Source of the DNA: an uncultured Candidatus Saccharibacteria bacterium
GTDB lineage: Bacteria; Patescibacteriota; Minisyncoccia; 2-02-FULL-40-12; IGHO2-01-FULL-4-A
Reading direction: 5' to 3'
Length of the DNA stretch: 45,032 nt
Assembly (NCBI GenBank): GCA_964367475.1
Contig: CAYIXQ010000002.1
Location: forward strand, 1 to 45,032
Part shown: in pieces, positions 9,153 through 17,858 of the stretch
Position numbering within the stretch: position 1 is the stretch's first letter
How the letters are laid out: each line of letters begins with the position of its first letter
Program-made: the position numbers and the translations under genes
Notes under the pieces: generated by a model
The model's input: the letters and a program-made list of their open reading frames with translations, nothing else
The model's database searches: none
Told to the model about the DNA's origin: nothing

Positions 9153-10466
9153 ATGTTTAATGAAGGTTTTATTGATAAATTTTTAAGAACCGTTAAAAAG
9201 ATTATTCCCACGCCTATTTTCAATTTCCTGGCGCCGGTTTATCATTTATTACTTTCAATGCTTGGCGCACTGGCATATGGCTTTCCCTCGAGATCCTTAA
9301 AAATTATTGGTGTGACGGGGACTAAAGGAAAATCAACTACTGTGTATATGATTACCAGGATTCTGGAAAATGCGGGCGAGAAAGTGGCTGCTATCGGTTC
9401 GCTCGGTTACAAAATTTTAGATAAAGAATGGCCCAATACTTTAAAAATGACCATGCCCGGCCGGACCAGGCTCCAGAAATTTTTATGGCAGGCAAAAAAG
9501 GCGGGCGCGGAGTTTGTGGTTTTGGAAGTCACTTCCGAGGGGCTGGCCCAGCATCGTCTGGCCGGTGTTGCCGTCGATGGCGCCGTGTTTACGAATCTGC
9601 ACCGGGAACATTTGGAAAGTCATGGTGGTTTTGATAACTATCTCAGAGCCAAACAGAAACTTTTTGAAAAAACCAAACATATCCATATCCTTAACCATGA
9701 CGACCCTTATTTTGAAAAATTTTCAGATTTCCCGGCCAGTATTAAAATTACTTATGGTCAGCACGGTTTAATTAACCCCGCACGCTACCACCTAAATTTA
9801 AAATTGCTGGGGGACTTTAATATTTATAATGCCTTGGCCGCTCTTAGTGTGGCCGATACCTACAGGTTAGACATGAATAAGGCAGTTCAGACGCTTAACT
9901 CAATTGATTCAATCCCAGGCAGAATGGAGGTAATAGAGGCAGAGTTTAAGGGTTTAAAGTTTAAAGTAATAATTGATTATGCTCATACACCGGACTCGCT
10001 CGAGGCAGTTTATGGCACTTTCAAAGAAGCGAAGGGCACGGAGCACGGAACGGGGAGCCAAGAACAGAGAGTTGTCAACTCTAATCCCCGGGCTCTTAGC
10101 CCTAAGCTAATTTGCGTATTGGGTGCGGCGGGTGGTGGCCGCGATAAATGGAAGCGGCCGGAGTTTGGGAGAATAGCTGGCCAGTATTGTGATGAAATTA
10201 TTCTAACTAATGAGGATCCTTATGATGAGGATCCGGAAGAAATATTGAATCAAGTCGAAAAGGGAATAGGGGATAAGTTTAAAAGTTTAAAAGTTTCAAG
10301 GATTCTAGACAGGGGAGAGGCAATTAAGGTTGCCTTAACGGACGCATCGGCTAATGATATCGTAGTGATTACTGGTAAAGGATCAGAAACCAGCATTGCT
10401 GTGGGTGGTGGCAGAAACGTTTCCTGGTCAGATAGGCAGGCAGTACTCAATATTTTGCGAGGTTAA
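9153..10466 (+). CDS. murE: UDP-N-acetylmuramoyl-tripeptide synthetase (MurE-type Mur ligase); the ORF-track start 9090 lies inside the palindrome, so ATG 9153 is preferred
   Basis: P-loop GVTGTKGKSTT, DYAHTPDSLE, GGGRDKWKRP. Confidence 0.88.
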   Translation: MFNEGFIDKFLRTVKKIIPTPIFNFLAPVYHLLLSMLGALAYGFPSRSLKIIGVTGTKGKSTTVYMITRILENAGEKVAAIGSLGYKILDKEWPNTLKMTMPGRTRLQKFLWQAKKAGAEFVVLEVTSEGLAQHRLAGVAVDGAVFTNLHREHLESHGGFDNYLRAKQKLFEKTKHIHILNHDDPYFEKFSDFPASIKITYGQHGLINPARYHLNLKLLGDFNIYNALAALSVADTYRLDMNKAVQTLNSIDSIPGRMEVIEAEFKGLKFKVIIDYAHTPDSLEAVYGTFKEAKGTEHGTGSQEQRVVNSNPRALSPKLICVLGAAGGGRDKWKRPEFGRIAGQYCDEIILTNEDPYDEDPEEILNQVEKGIGDKFKSLKVSRILDRGEAIKVALTDASANDIVVITGKGSETSIAVGGGRNVSWSDRQAVLNILRG

Positions 10467-10603
10467 GAAATAATTAGATGATGTCCCTTTGGATAACTTC
10501 TAATTAGTTTATATCTCGTCGAATACTGTATTTGGCGAGTGAGCGGTGCTAGCCGTTTTTTTGTTGAATTTAAAAGATCGTAAGTGTATGATATGATTTC
10601 AAC

Positions 10604-11044
10604 ATGGCTCAAGATGGTGAATTCCAACCGGAAGGCAGAATATGGTTGTTAGTGATTTTTGTACTGGTTCTTTTTGGAGGAGCCTTAGTTTATTTCACCA
10701 AACAGAATCCTGATTTAGGGAATATAAATAATGCTACAATTAATAATAGGTCAACAAGCAGGCAGGCCAGGATTTATACAGTATTTTATAATCTGGGTGT
10801 TTTCAGCCCGACTAATATAAGAATTCACGTGAGTGACACTATTAAATTTCAAAACGATAGCGACGACCCCATCCATATTTCTTCTGACGAAACCGATGAT
10901 TCCCCAAATCTTCCGGGGTTTGACAGTATTGGCGACATTCCGCCTACCAGCTCTTTCGCCTATACTTTTACTAGGCAGGGAGTGTTCGGATACCACAACA
11001 AATTTAATAAAAATGAAAGAGGTACGGTCATTGTGCGGCCTTAG
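10604..11044 (+). CDS. Membrane-anchored protein with cupredoxin-like C-terminal domain lacking obvious Cu ligands
   Basis: N-terminal TM helix; pattern IRIHVSDTIKFQNDSDDPIHI...GVFGYHNKFNKNERGTVIV resembles EfeO-type cupredoxin folds, no Cys. Confidence 0.5.
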   Translation: MAQDGEFQPEGRIWLLVIFVLVLFGGALVYFTKQNPDLGNINNATINNRSTSRQARIYTVFYNLGVFSPTNIRIHVSDTIKFQNDSDDPIHISSDETDDSPNLPGFDSIGDIPPTSSFAYTFTRQGVFGYHNKFNKNERGTVIVRP

Positions 11045-11049
11045 GGCAA

Positions 11050-11334
11050 ATGAAAAATCCACTGACCTTCAGAGTCGAGTCTTTAATGGGTTCAACAATA
11101 ATTCTGCTCTTCGCTGGTTTTGTGACCAGTTTATTATTGATAGCTAACAAAAACTTTAACAGCGAGTTGGAAGTTCTAAGTTCCACTGGAATTCAATCGA
11201 GGGTGATTGGTCATAATGAACGCATATTAATTGATCAATGGGCAGCCGAAAACAATATTCCTGTTCCGGTTGATATGAATAAGTTTAAATTTATTCTCGA
11301 AAACTATCCCAGCCGGCCGTGGAAACAACTATGA
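11050..11334 (+). CDS. Hypothetical single-TM protein (94 aa), stop overlaps the next start (ATGA)
   Basis: ORF with one hydrophobic helix; translational coupling to the presenilin-like gene. Confidence 0.5.
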   Translation: MKNPLTFRVESLMGSTIILLFAGFVTSLLLIANKNFNSELEVLSSTGIQSRVIGHNERILIDQWAAENNIPVPVDMNKFKFILENYPSRPWKQL

Positions 11335-12164
11335 ATAAACTCGGGAATTTATCTTTTTTTGGCAAGGTTCTGATTCTCTTTTTAGCCACCCAAGTTCTGG
11401 GTATTTATTTGGCGGTTAGAATTTTGCCAGAATTTGGCGGGCAGACCATACAAGACGTCAACGATTTTTCTTTTTACCACGTGGCAATGATCGTTTTGGT
11501 GGCCGGAGTATTTTTTTTCATTACCTCACGCTTTCCACGCTTTGGTTCTTTTGTCTTCCGTTTATTTTTGACGCTGATCATTTTTACTATGGTTCAGCTG
11601 TTTTTTAGTTTTTGGTTTAATAGTCTTAACTCAACCATACTGGCGCTGGCGGTGGTAGTTTTTTTCTGGATCGTTCAGTTAGTTTTAATTCAAAATCTAA
11701 TCATGATTATTACTCTGGCCAGCATTGGTGCATTGCTTGGTGTTTCTGTTACTCCTATAACGGCGGTAATTATCCTTGTTATCCTATCGTTTTATGATAT
11801 TGTGGCGGTTTATAAAACTGGTCATATGATCAAATTGGCCGAAATTATGATACGGGCCAAGGCCATATTTGGTTTCGTAGTGCCTGCCCAAGTAAGAGGT
11901 CTTATGAGCAGTATGAAAACCGTCGTGCCGGGAGAACAGTTCATGATTTTAGGATCTGGAGACGTTATTCTGCCCCTGATTCTGGCTGCCGCGTTGGTTC
12001 GAATTTCGCTCTGGCATGCCGCCGTAGTAGTTGTTTTTTCCGCCGTCGGGCTATTCATTATGGGCCTTCTTTTCGCTAATCAAAAAATTAGAAGGCCAAT
12101 GGCAGCGTTGCCGCCCATTGCGGCTGCCAGTATTGTCGGCTATTTGCTTGTCTCAGTGATATAA
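11331..12164 (+). CDS. Presenilin/signal-peptide-peptidase-like intramembrane aspartyl protease (A22 family)
   Basis: YD motif (SFYDIVAVYK), GxGD motif (LGSGDVILP), PAL-like PMAALPP, polytopic. Confidence 0.7.
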   Translation: MNKLGNLSFFGKVLILFLATQVLGIYLAVRILPEFGGQTIQDVNDFSFYHVAMIVLVAGVFFFITSRFPRFGSFVFRLFLTLIIFTMVQLFFSFWFNSLNSTILALAVVVFFWIVQLVLIQNLIMIITLASIGALLGVSVTPITAVIILVILSFYDIVAVYKTGHMIKLAEIMIRAKAIFGFVVPAQVRGLMSSMKTVVPGEQFMILGSGDVILPLILAAALVRISLWHAAVVVVFSAVGLFIMGLLFANQKIRRPMAALPPIAAASIVGYLLVSVI

Positions 12165-12165
12165 T

Positions 12166-12187
12166 TAGGACTTACGCGTAAATCCTA
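12166..12187. repeat. Family-1 mini palindrome: the two 13-bp TIRs fused through the shared CGCG (one mismatch)
   Basis: TAGGACTTACGCGTAAATCCTA vs TIRs TAGGACTTACGCG / CGCGTAAGTCCTA. Confidence 0.8.
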
Positions 12188-12194
12188 GTGAATC

Positions 12195-13565
12195 ATGAAA
12201 ATATCTTTTTTTGGTGGTGCAAGATGGGTTACCGGCTCCAATTACCTATTGGAGCATGGGGAAATAAAAGTTTTAGTTGATTGCGGTTTATTTCAGGGCA
12301 GGAAATATGCCGAAGATTTAAATTACGAAACATTTAGGTATCGGCCTTCAGATATTAATTATGTCCTGCTGACTCATAGCCATACTGATCATATTGGCCG
12401 AGTGCCAAAATTATATAAAGATGGCTTTAGGGGGAAAATTTATGCGACATCCGCGACCAAAGATCTTATGGCGGTAAGTTTACCTGACAGTCTAAATAAA
12501 ATTATCGAGGAGGCAAAAAGCTCGGACCACCCTCCGCTCTTTGAGGCAGAAGATGTTTTGGAAGCGCTGGCATTAGTTGAAGGATTTGACTACGACACGG
12601 AAATAAATTTATTTCCCGAAGTCAAAGTTGTTTTTCATGACGCGGGTCATATTTTGGGGTCTTCTATCATTCAGTTGACCTGGCGAGAGACCGGCGTTAG
12701 TAGAAATATTTTTTTCTCCGGTGACTTGGGCAATCCACCCACACCATTACTCATGCCGACGGAGTTCATTTCACACGCAGATTATTTGGTGATAGAATCG
12801 GCCTATGGTGACCGGGTGCATGAGGAGAGGGAAAAAAGAAAAGAAAAACTGATTAAAGTAATTAAAGAAACCATTGACCGCCAAGGTGTTTTAATGATCC
12901 CTACTTTTGCCATGGAGAGAACCCAGGAATTATTATATGAACTTAACGAATTAATAAATAATAAAAAAATACCGCCGATACCCGTTTTTATTGACAGCCC
13001 CCTGGCGATCAAACTTACGGATGTATACAAAAAACATTTTAAATACTTTAACAAAACGGCGGTGTATCTGATTGACTCCGGAGACGACATTTTCAATTTT
13101 CCCGGGTTAAGAATGACACCCACGGTGGAAGAATCAAAATCAATTAATAATATTTCGCCGCCCAAAATCATTATTGCTGGATCGGGCATGAGCCATGGGG
13201 GAAGAATTTTGCATCATGAACTGCGATATCTGCCAGATCCAAAAAATGCGATCCTTTTCGTGGGTTATCAGGTAGATGGCAGCCGCGGTCGCCATATCCA
13301 GCGAGGGGACAAAGCGATAACAATTTTTGGCCAAACCGTTCCCGTAAATTGCCATATTGAAAATATCTCTAGCTATTCTTCGCATGCTGACCAAAGAAGT
13401 CTCTTGGAATGGGTTGAAAAGGCAAACTCTGATCAGCGACTAAAAAAAGTTTTTGTGGTTCAGGGTGAAGAAACGCCCAGCAAAACCCTGGCCTATTTAA
13501 TCCGTGAAAAAATTGGGGTGGATGCCGTATCGCCCCTAGAAAATGAGGCCTTTGAATTAAATTGA
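12195..13565 (+). CDS. MBL-fold beta-CASP family ribonuclease (CPSF/RNase J-like)
   Basis: HSHTDHIG metallo-beta-lactamase motif, beta-CASP-sized insertion, C-terminal SSHAD motif. Confidence 0.85.
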   Translation: MKISFFGGARWVTGSNYLLEHGEIKVLVDCGLFQGRKYAEDLNYETFRYRPSDINYVLLTHSHTDHIGRVPKLYKDGFRGKIYATSATKDLMAVSLPDSLNKIIEEAKSSDHPPLFEAEDVLEALALVEGFDYDTEINLFPEVKVVFHDAGHILGSSIIQLTWRETGVSRNIFFSGDLGNPPTPLLMPTEFISHADYLVIESAYGDRVHEEREKRKEKLIKVIKETIDRQGVLMIPTFAMERTQELLYELNELINNKKIPPIPVFIDSPLAIKLTDVYKKHFKYFNKTAVYLIDSGDDIFNFPGLRMTPTVEESKSINNISPPKIIIAGSGMSHGGRILHHELRYLPDPKNAILFVGYQVDGSRGRHIQRGDKAITIFGQTVPVNCHIENISSYSSHADQRSLLEWVEKANSDQRLKKVFVVQGEETPSKTLAYLIREKIGVDAVSPLENEAFELN

Positions 13566-13596
13566 TTTTTTACTATTTTTTGCTAATATAGATATT

Positions 13597-14181
13597 ATGA
13601 AATACAAGTTTGTGGTATCTGGGGCGGCGGATACTAGTTTTTGTGCCGCTGATGCCAATGACAAGGCATATAAACTCGGGCAAGAAATAGTGAATCAGAG
13701 AGGCATATTAATCACCGGCGCTACTACCGGATTTCCATATTCGGCTGCTAAAGGTGCTAAAAGCGTTGGCGGAATTTCAGTGGGTATCTCACCGGCCTCG
13801 ACCTATGCCGCCCACGTTAAAACCTATCGTTTGCCTACTGATTTTTTTGATTTTATTATCTTTACTGGATTTGAGTATTCGGGGCGTAACCTAATTTTAA
13901 CCAAAGCGGCTGATGCGGTAATAATCGGTTGTGGTGGTTTTGGAACATTGAATGAATGGACCATCGCCCTGGAAGATAATAAGCCGATTGGCGTGCTGAC
14001 TGGTACTGGAGGGGCGGCTGATGAAATTGAAAGCCTCTTGAAAACCATCAAAGATCCCCATCAGCACGATTCGGGTAGAATTGTTTTCAGTAATGATCCG
14101 TCAGAACTTATTTCTAAGCTGATTATGTTCATTGAGCGAGATCGTGAAGATATAAAGGTAGCTGAACCGATTGGTGAATGA
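13597..14181 (+). CDS. LOG/TIGR00725-family Rossmann protein
   Basis: GGFGTLNE motif (PGGxGTxxE-like) and overall size. Confidence 0.65.
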   Translation: MKYKFVVSGAADTSFCAADANDKAYKLGQEIVNQRGILITGATTGFPYSAAKGAKSVGGISVGISPASTYAAHVKTYRLPTDFFDFIIFTGFEYSGRNLILTKAADAVIIGCGGFGTLNEWTIALEDNKPIGVLTGTGGAADEIESLLKTIKDPHQHDSGRIVFSNDPSELISKLIMFIERDREDIKVAEPIGE

Positions 14182-14216
14182 ATTCGTCTAAATAATAGGC
14201 ATACTTCTTTTTTGAC

Positions 14217-16565
14217 ATGTCTGAAATTAATTACAACAACTTAATATTCAAAGGTGAATTGCCGCTGATTCCATTGAAAAATGTAGTCCTATTCCCGCGA
14301 GTGGCCATTCCGCTATTGGTCCAAAGATCCAAGTCTATGGGTAGCTTGGATTACGCGCTTTCTCAGGACCGGCTAGTAGTATTTGTAGCGCAAAAAAATA
14401 TTTATGATGATGTGGATCAAAAAGATCTCTTTCGGGTTGGTACGGTGGGGCGCATATTTGAGATCCATCGTTTACCTGATGGCACATCCAAAATCGATGT
14501 CGAAGGTATCGCCCGGGTTAAAATCAAAGAGATTTCACAAATCGATCCCTTTTTCAAGGCTAAAGTTGAACTTGTGAAATCGCAGACCGCTGAAAGCATT
14601 GAGACCGAAGCTCTAGTCAGAGCAACAGTAAACGAGTTTAAGAGGTTGCTTGAGGTGAGAACCATACCTCTGGCATCGGCATTTCCCGATCTGATTAACG
14701 CTCTGGACCAGATAAAAGACGCCCAGCAGATTGTGGATCTTATTGCCATAAACCTAAATCTTGAACTTTCGGATCAGCAGGACATACTGGAAACTTTTGA
14801 TGCGGTTGATGCTCTGAAGAAAATTAACTTTTTCATTTCCCGGGAATTAGAAATTATTGAGGCGGAAAAGAAAGTAGTGCGCGAAACCAGAAAGCAGCTT
14901 GGCAAAATGCAGAAAGAAATGTTCTTGCGCGAGCAGATGAAGAGTATCGAAAAAGAGCTAGGCCTTGATAGCGAGAAAAGCGAGATCGAAACTTTACAAG
15001 CCAAAATTAAAGCTGCCGGCATGCCCAAAGATACTGAAGCTAAAGCGCTCAAAGAGCTAAGTCGCTTTGAAAAAATGTCTTCCTTTAGTCCCGAAGTTTC
15101 TTATCTAAGAACCTATCTGGATTGGCTAGTGGAATTGCCCTGGTCTAAAAAATCCACCAGCAAAATTGATCTAAGAGAAGCCGAAAAAATACTTAATGAT
15201 GATCACTATGGGCTAAAAAAAGTGAAAGAAAGAATTGTTGAATATCTGGCGGTTCAAAAACAGGTAGGTAAAATTAAAGGGCCTATTCTGTGCTTTGTGG
15301 GTCCGCCGGGGACGGGCAAAACTTCCATTGGCCGATCCATCGCTCGCGCTCTGGGCAGAAAATTTGCCCGCGTATCTTTAGGTGGACTGCGCGATGAGGC
15401 CGAAATTAGAGGCCATCGTCGAACCTATGTGGGTGCCTTGCCGGGGCGCATTGTCCAGGGTATTCATCAGGTAGGTACGAGAAATCCGGTATTTATGTTG
15501 GATGAAATTGATAAAATTGGGATGGATTTCAGAGGCGATCCATCGGCGGCACTCCTGGAGGCTCTTGATACAGAGCAAAATTTTGCCTTCTCCGACCACT
15601 ATTTAGAAGTGCCTTTTGATTTGTCAGATACTTTGTTTATTGCCACAGCTAATATGCTTGACACCATTCCACCGGCTTTACGCGATCGTTTGGAATTAAT
15701 TGAGTTTCCTGGCTATACCGAGACCGAAAAACTGCACATTGCGAAAAAGTATTTACTGCCAAAAATTTTTAAGGAGCATGGTCTAAAGGAAAAAACCATT
15801 AAGTTCTATGATTTAGCTGTAGCCGATATTATCCGTAAACACACCCGGGAAGCTGGTGTGCGGGATTTGGAACGTCAGTTAGCTACCATTATTCGAAAAA
15901 TTACCAGAAAAATTGTTGAGAAAAAGACAAGAGGTATCATCGCTATTTTACCCGAATCTATTCATTCCTATTTGGGCGCGGTGAAATACAGCCATCAGGA
16001 AGCGGAAAAAACTGATGAAATCGGTGTTACCACCGGGCTGGCCTGGACGCCGGTTGGTGGAGAAGTGCTATCAATTGAGGCGTCAAAAATGCCTGGACGA
16101 GGCAAATTACTTTTGACCGGGCACCTTGGCGAAGTAATGAGGGAGTCAGTTCATGCGGCCTTAAGTTATACCAGATCAAAAGCCGCCAAACTGGGTATCA
16201 AAGAAGATTTTTACAAGGAAGATATTCACGTCCATGTGCCATCGGGAGCCATTCCTAAAGATGGACCATCAGCTGGTATTGCTATGGCGATAGCTATAAT
16301 CTCGCTATTTACTAAAAATCCGGTAAGGAAGGATGTATGCATGACCGGCGAGGTGACGCTGCGGGGGAAGATTTTAGAAATCGGCGGTGTTAAAGAAAAG
16401 ATATTAGCCGCTCATCGGGCTGGCCTTAAAACCGTAATTTTACCTTTTGACAATAAAAAAGACCTAGATGATATCCCCGCCGAGATTCGTAGAGATCTCA
16501 AATTCAGATTTGTAAGGGACATTGACGAAGTTCTCAAAGTAGCCCTCAAAAACGGCAAAGCATAA
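14217..16565 (+). CDS. lon: ATP-dependent Lon protease
   Basis: LON N-domain, Walker A GPPGTGKTS, catalytic PKDGPSAG Ser and downstream Lys (EIGGVKEK). Confidence 0.97.
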   Translation: MSEINYNNLIFKGELPLIPLKNVVLFPRVAIPLLVQRSKSMGSLDYALSQDRLVVFVAQKNIYDDVDQKDLFRVGTVGRIFEIHRLPDGTSKIDVEGIARVKIKEISQIDPFFKAKVELVKSQTAESIETEALVRATVNEFKRLLEVRTIPLASAFPDLINALDQIKDAQQIVDLIAINLNLELSDQQDILETFDAVDALKKINFFISRELEIIEAEKKVVRETRKQLGKMQKEMFLREQMKSIEKELGLDSEKSEIETLQAKIKAAGMPKDTEAKALKELSRFEKMSSFSPEVSYLRTYLDWLVELPWSKKSTSKIDLREAEKILNDDHYGLKKVKERIVEYLAVQKQVGKIKGPILCFVGPPGTGKTSIGRSIARALGRKFARVSLGGLRDEAEIRGHRRTYVGALPGRIVQGIHQVGTRNPVFMLDEIDKIGMDFRGDPSAALLEALDTEQNFAFSDHYLEVPFDLSDTLFIATANMLDTIPPALRDRLELIEFPGYTETEKLHIAKKYLLPKIFKEHGLKEKTIKFYDLAVADIIRKHTREAGVRDLERQLATIIRKITRKIVEKKTRGIIAILPESIHSYLGAVKYSHQEAEKTDEIGVTTGLAWTPVGGEVLSIEASKMPGRGKLLLTGHLGEVMRESVHAALSYTRSKAAKLGIKEDFYKEDIHVHVPSGAIPKDGPSAGIAMAIAIISLFTKNPVRKDVCMTGEVTLRGKILEIGGVKEKILAAHRAGLKTVILPFDNKKDLDDIPAEIRRDLKFRFVRDIDEVLKVALKNGKA

Positions 16566-16583
16566 GCTTTCCAGAACTAAACA

Positions 16584-16630
16584 GTTTACAGGGGCGCCCT
16601 GTTACAGTGTTACAGGGCGCCCCTGTAAAC
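16584..16630. repeat. GC-rich perfect inverted repeat (19-bp arms, 9-nt spacer) 18 nt after the lon stop
   Basis: GTTTACAGGGGCGCCCTGT-TACAGTGTT-ACAGGGCGCCCCTGTAAAC. Confidence 0.9.
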
Positions 16631-16672
16631 CCGAAACTGCAAACCTGTAACCTATCCTGTAAACTGTAAAAC
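16622..16672 (+). repeat. Array of five CTG(T/C)AA(A)C heptamer-like direct repeats
   Basis: CCTGTAAAC, ACTGCAAAC, CCTGTAACC, CCTGTAAAC, CTGTAAAAC within 50 nt. Confidence 0.7.
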
Positions 16673-16711
16673 CTCTATACGGCTAGTCTTTTTCTTTTTT
16701 GGAATTTTAAC

Positions 16712-16720
16712 TGGTATAAT
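16712..16720 (+). promoter_or_regulatory. Extended -10 promoter giving a leaderless permease mRNA
   Basis: TGGTATAAT, 7 nt to the ATG at 16728, no SD. Confidence 0.5.
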
Positions 16721-16727
16721 TGACAAT

Positions 16728-17858
16728 ATGAAGGTCAATAAATTTTGGCGTGCCGTAGCCATGCTTGTTACCTCAACCATCGGCGTCGGCTTTTACGGTA
16801 TCCCCTTTGCGTTTCAAAAAGCCGGCTTTAGTTTCGGCTTATTGTTTTTTGGTCTTGTGGTGGCTCTCATGCTTTTGACTAATCTGCTTTATGGAGAAGT
16901 AATACTGCGTACGCACCACAGGCATCAGATGGTGGGTTATGTAAATAAATATCTCGGTCCCTGGGCGCGCCGGATCAATCTCTTCATTTTCTGGGTAGCC
17001 ATTTATGGGGCGATGATCGCCATCATCATCATAAGTGGCGATTTTTTGGCTAATATCCTGTCTTTTTATCTAAATTTTTCCCCGGTTATTTTTAGCACGT
17101 TGTTTTTAATATTTGCCGCCAGTCTGGTCTTGGCTGGACTAAAAACTGTTTCCAGACTGGATTTTTTAATGATGTTGATTTTTTGCGGGATCGTGGGTTT
17201 GATCGCGGCAGTCGGTTTTAATAATATCCAGCTTGTAAATTACTCGTTCGCTCTGACTGATTTTTGGTTTTTGCCTTTTGGGGTGATCCTGTTCTCTTTA
17301 AGTAACAGTGGTATTCCGCTTTTGCGGGAAGTATTGGTTGGTCAAGAAAGAAGTCTAAAAAAAGCGATTTCGGTCGGCACGCTAATTCCGGCCGGTTTGT
17401 ACCTGCTTTTTACTTTTTTAGTCGTTGGCATCTCTGGTGAAATAACTTCTCCCGATTCCATTTCTGGCCTGCTGGGTTTTTTGGGAACTAAAATTGTCGT
17501 CATTGGTTCAGTGCTTGGTTTTCTGACATCCACGACCATTTTTATAAATATCGCTACCGCTTTGAAAGAATCTTTGGATGAGGATTTCAAGATTAAAAAT
17601 CGAGCGGTTTGGCTTTTTGCGTTAGTGCCTCCGTATCTATTGTTTTTGTCGGGGATCAGGAACTTTATTGATATTATCAGTTTGGTAGGTGGTGTGGCGG
17701 TAAGCATTCATTCTATTCTCCTGATCTTCCTTTACGCAAAAGCAAAGAAAAGCGGCGAACGAGTGCCGGAATATTCTATAAGAATTCCCAATTGGTCGCT
17801 GTACTTAATTATGCTGGTTTTCGCGCTGGGAGCGGTTTATACCATTCTCATTAAATGA
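16728..17858 (+). CDS. Amino acid permease (aromatic amino acid/Trp-Tyr permease-like, about 11 TM)
   Basis: Polytopic protein with N-terminal TSTIGVGFYGIPFAF pattern typical of this transporter fold. Confidence 0.65.
   Translation: MKVNKFWRAVAMLVTSTIGVGFYGIPFAFQKAGFSFGLLFFGLVVALMLLTNLLYGEVILRTHHRHQMVGYVNKYLGPWARRINLFIFWVAIYGAMIAIIIISGDFLANILSFYLNFSPVIFSTLFLIFAASLVLAGLKTVSRLDFLMMLIFCGIVGLIAAVGFNNIQLVNYSFALTDFWFLPFGVILFSLSNSGIPLLREVLVGQERSLKKAISVGTLIPAGLYLLFTFLVVGISGEITSPDSISGLLGFLGTKIVVIGSVLGFLTSTTIFINIATALKESLDEDFKIKNRAVWLFALVPPYLLFLSGIRNFIDIISLVGGVAVSIHSILLIFLYAKAKKSGERVPEYSIRIPNWSLYLIMLVFALGAVYTILIK

Noticed and set aside
10027-10105. GC-rich roughly 25-aa insertion in MurE (KGTEHGTGSQEQRVVNSNPRALSPK) containing a short GCACGGA GCACGGA tandem
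   Set aside because: It may be a lineage-specific loop created by slippage. It is in frame, has no repeat or mobile-element signature, and I cannot judge its conservation without an alignment.
16599-16615. LexA/SOS-box-like CTGT-N9-ACAG inside the lon-downstream palindrome
   Set aside because: The spacing is N9, not N8, and the flanks do not match TACTGT...ACAGTA. The pattern is a by-product of the TGTTACAG direct repeat.
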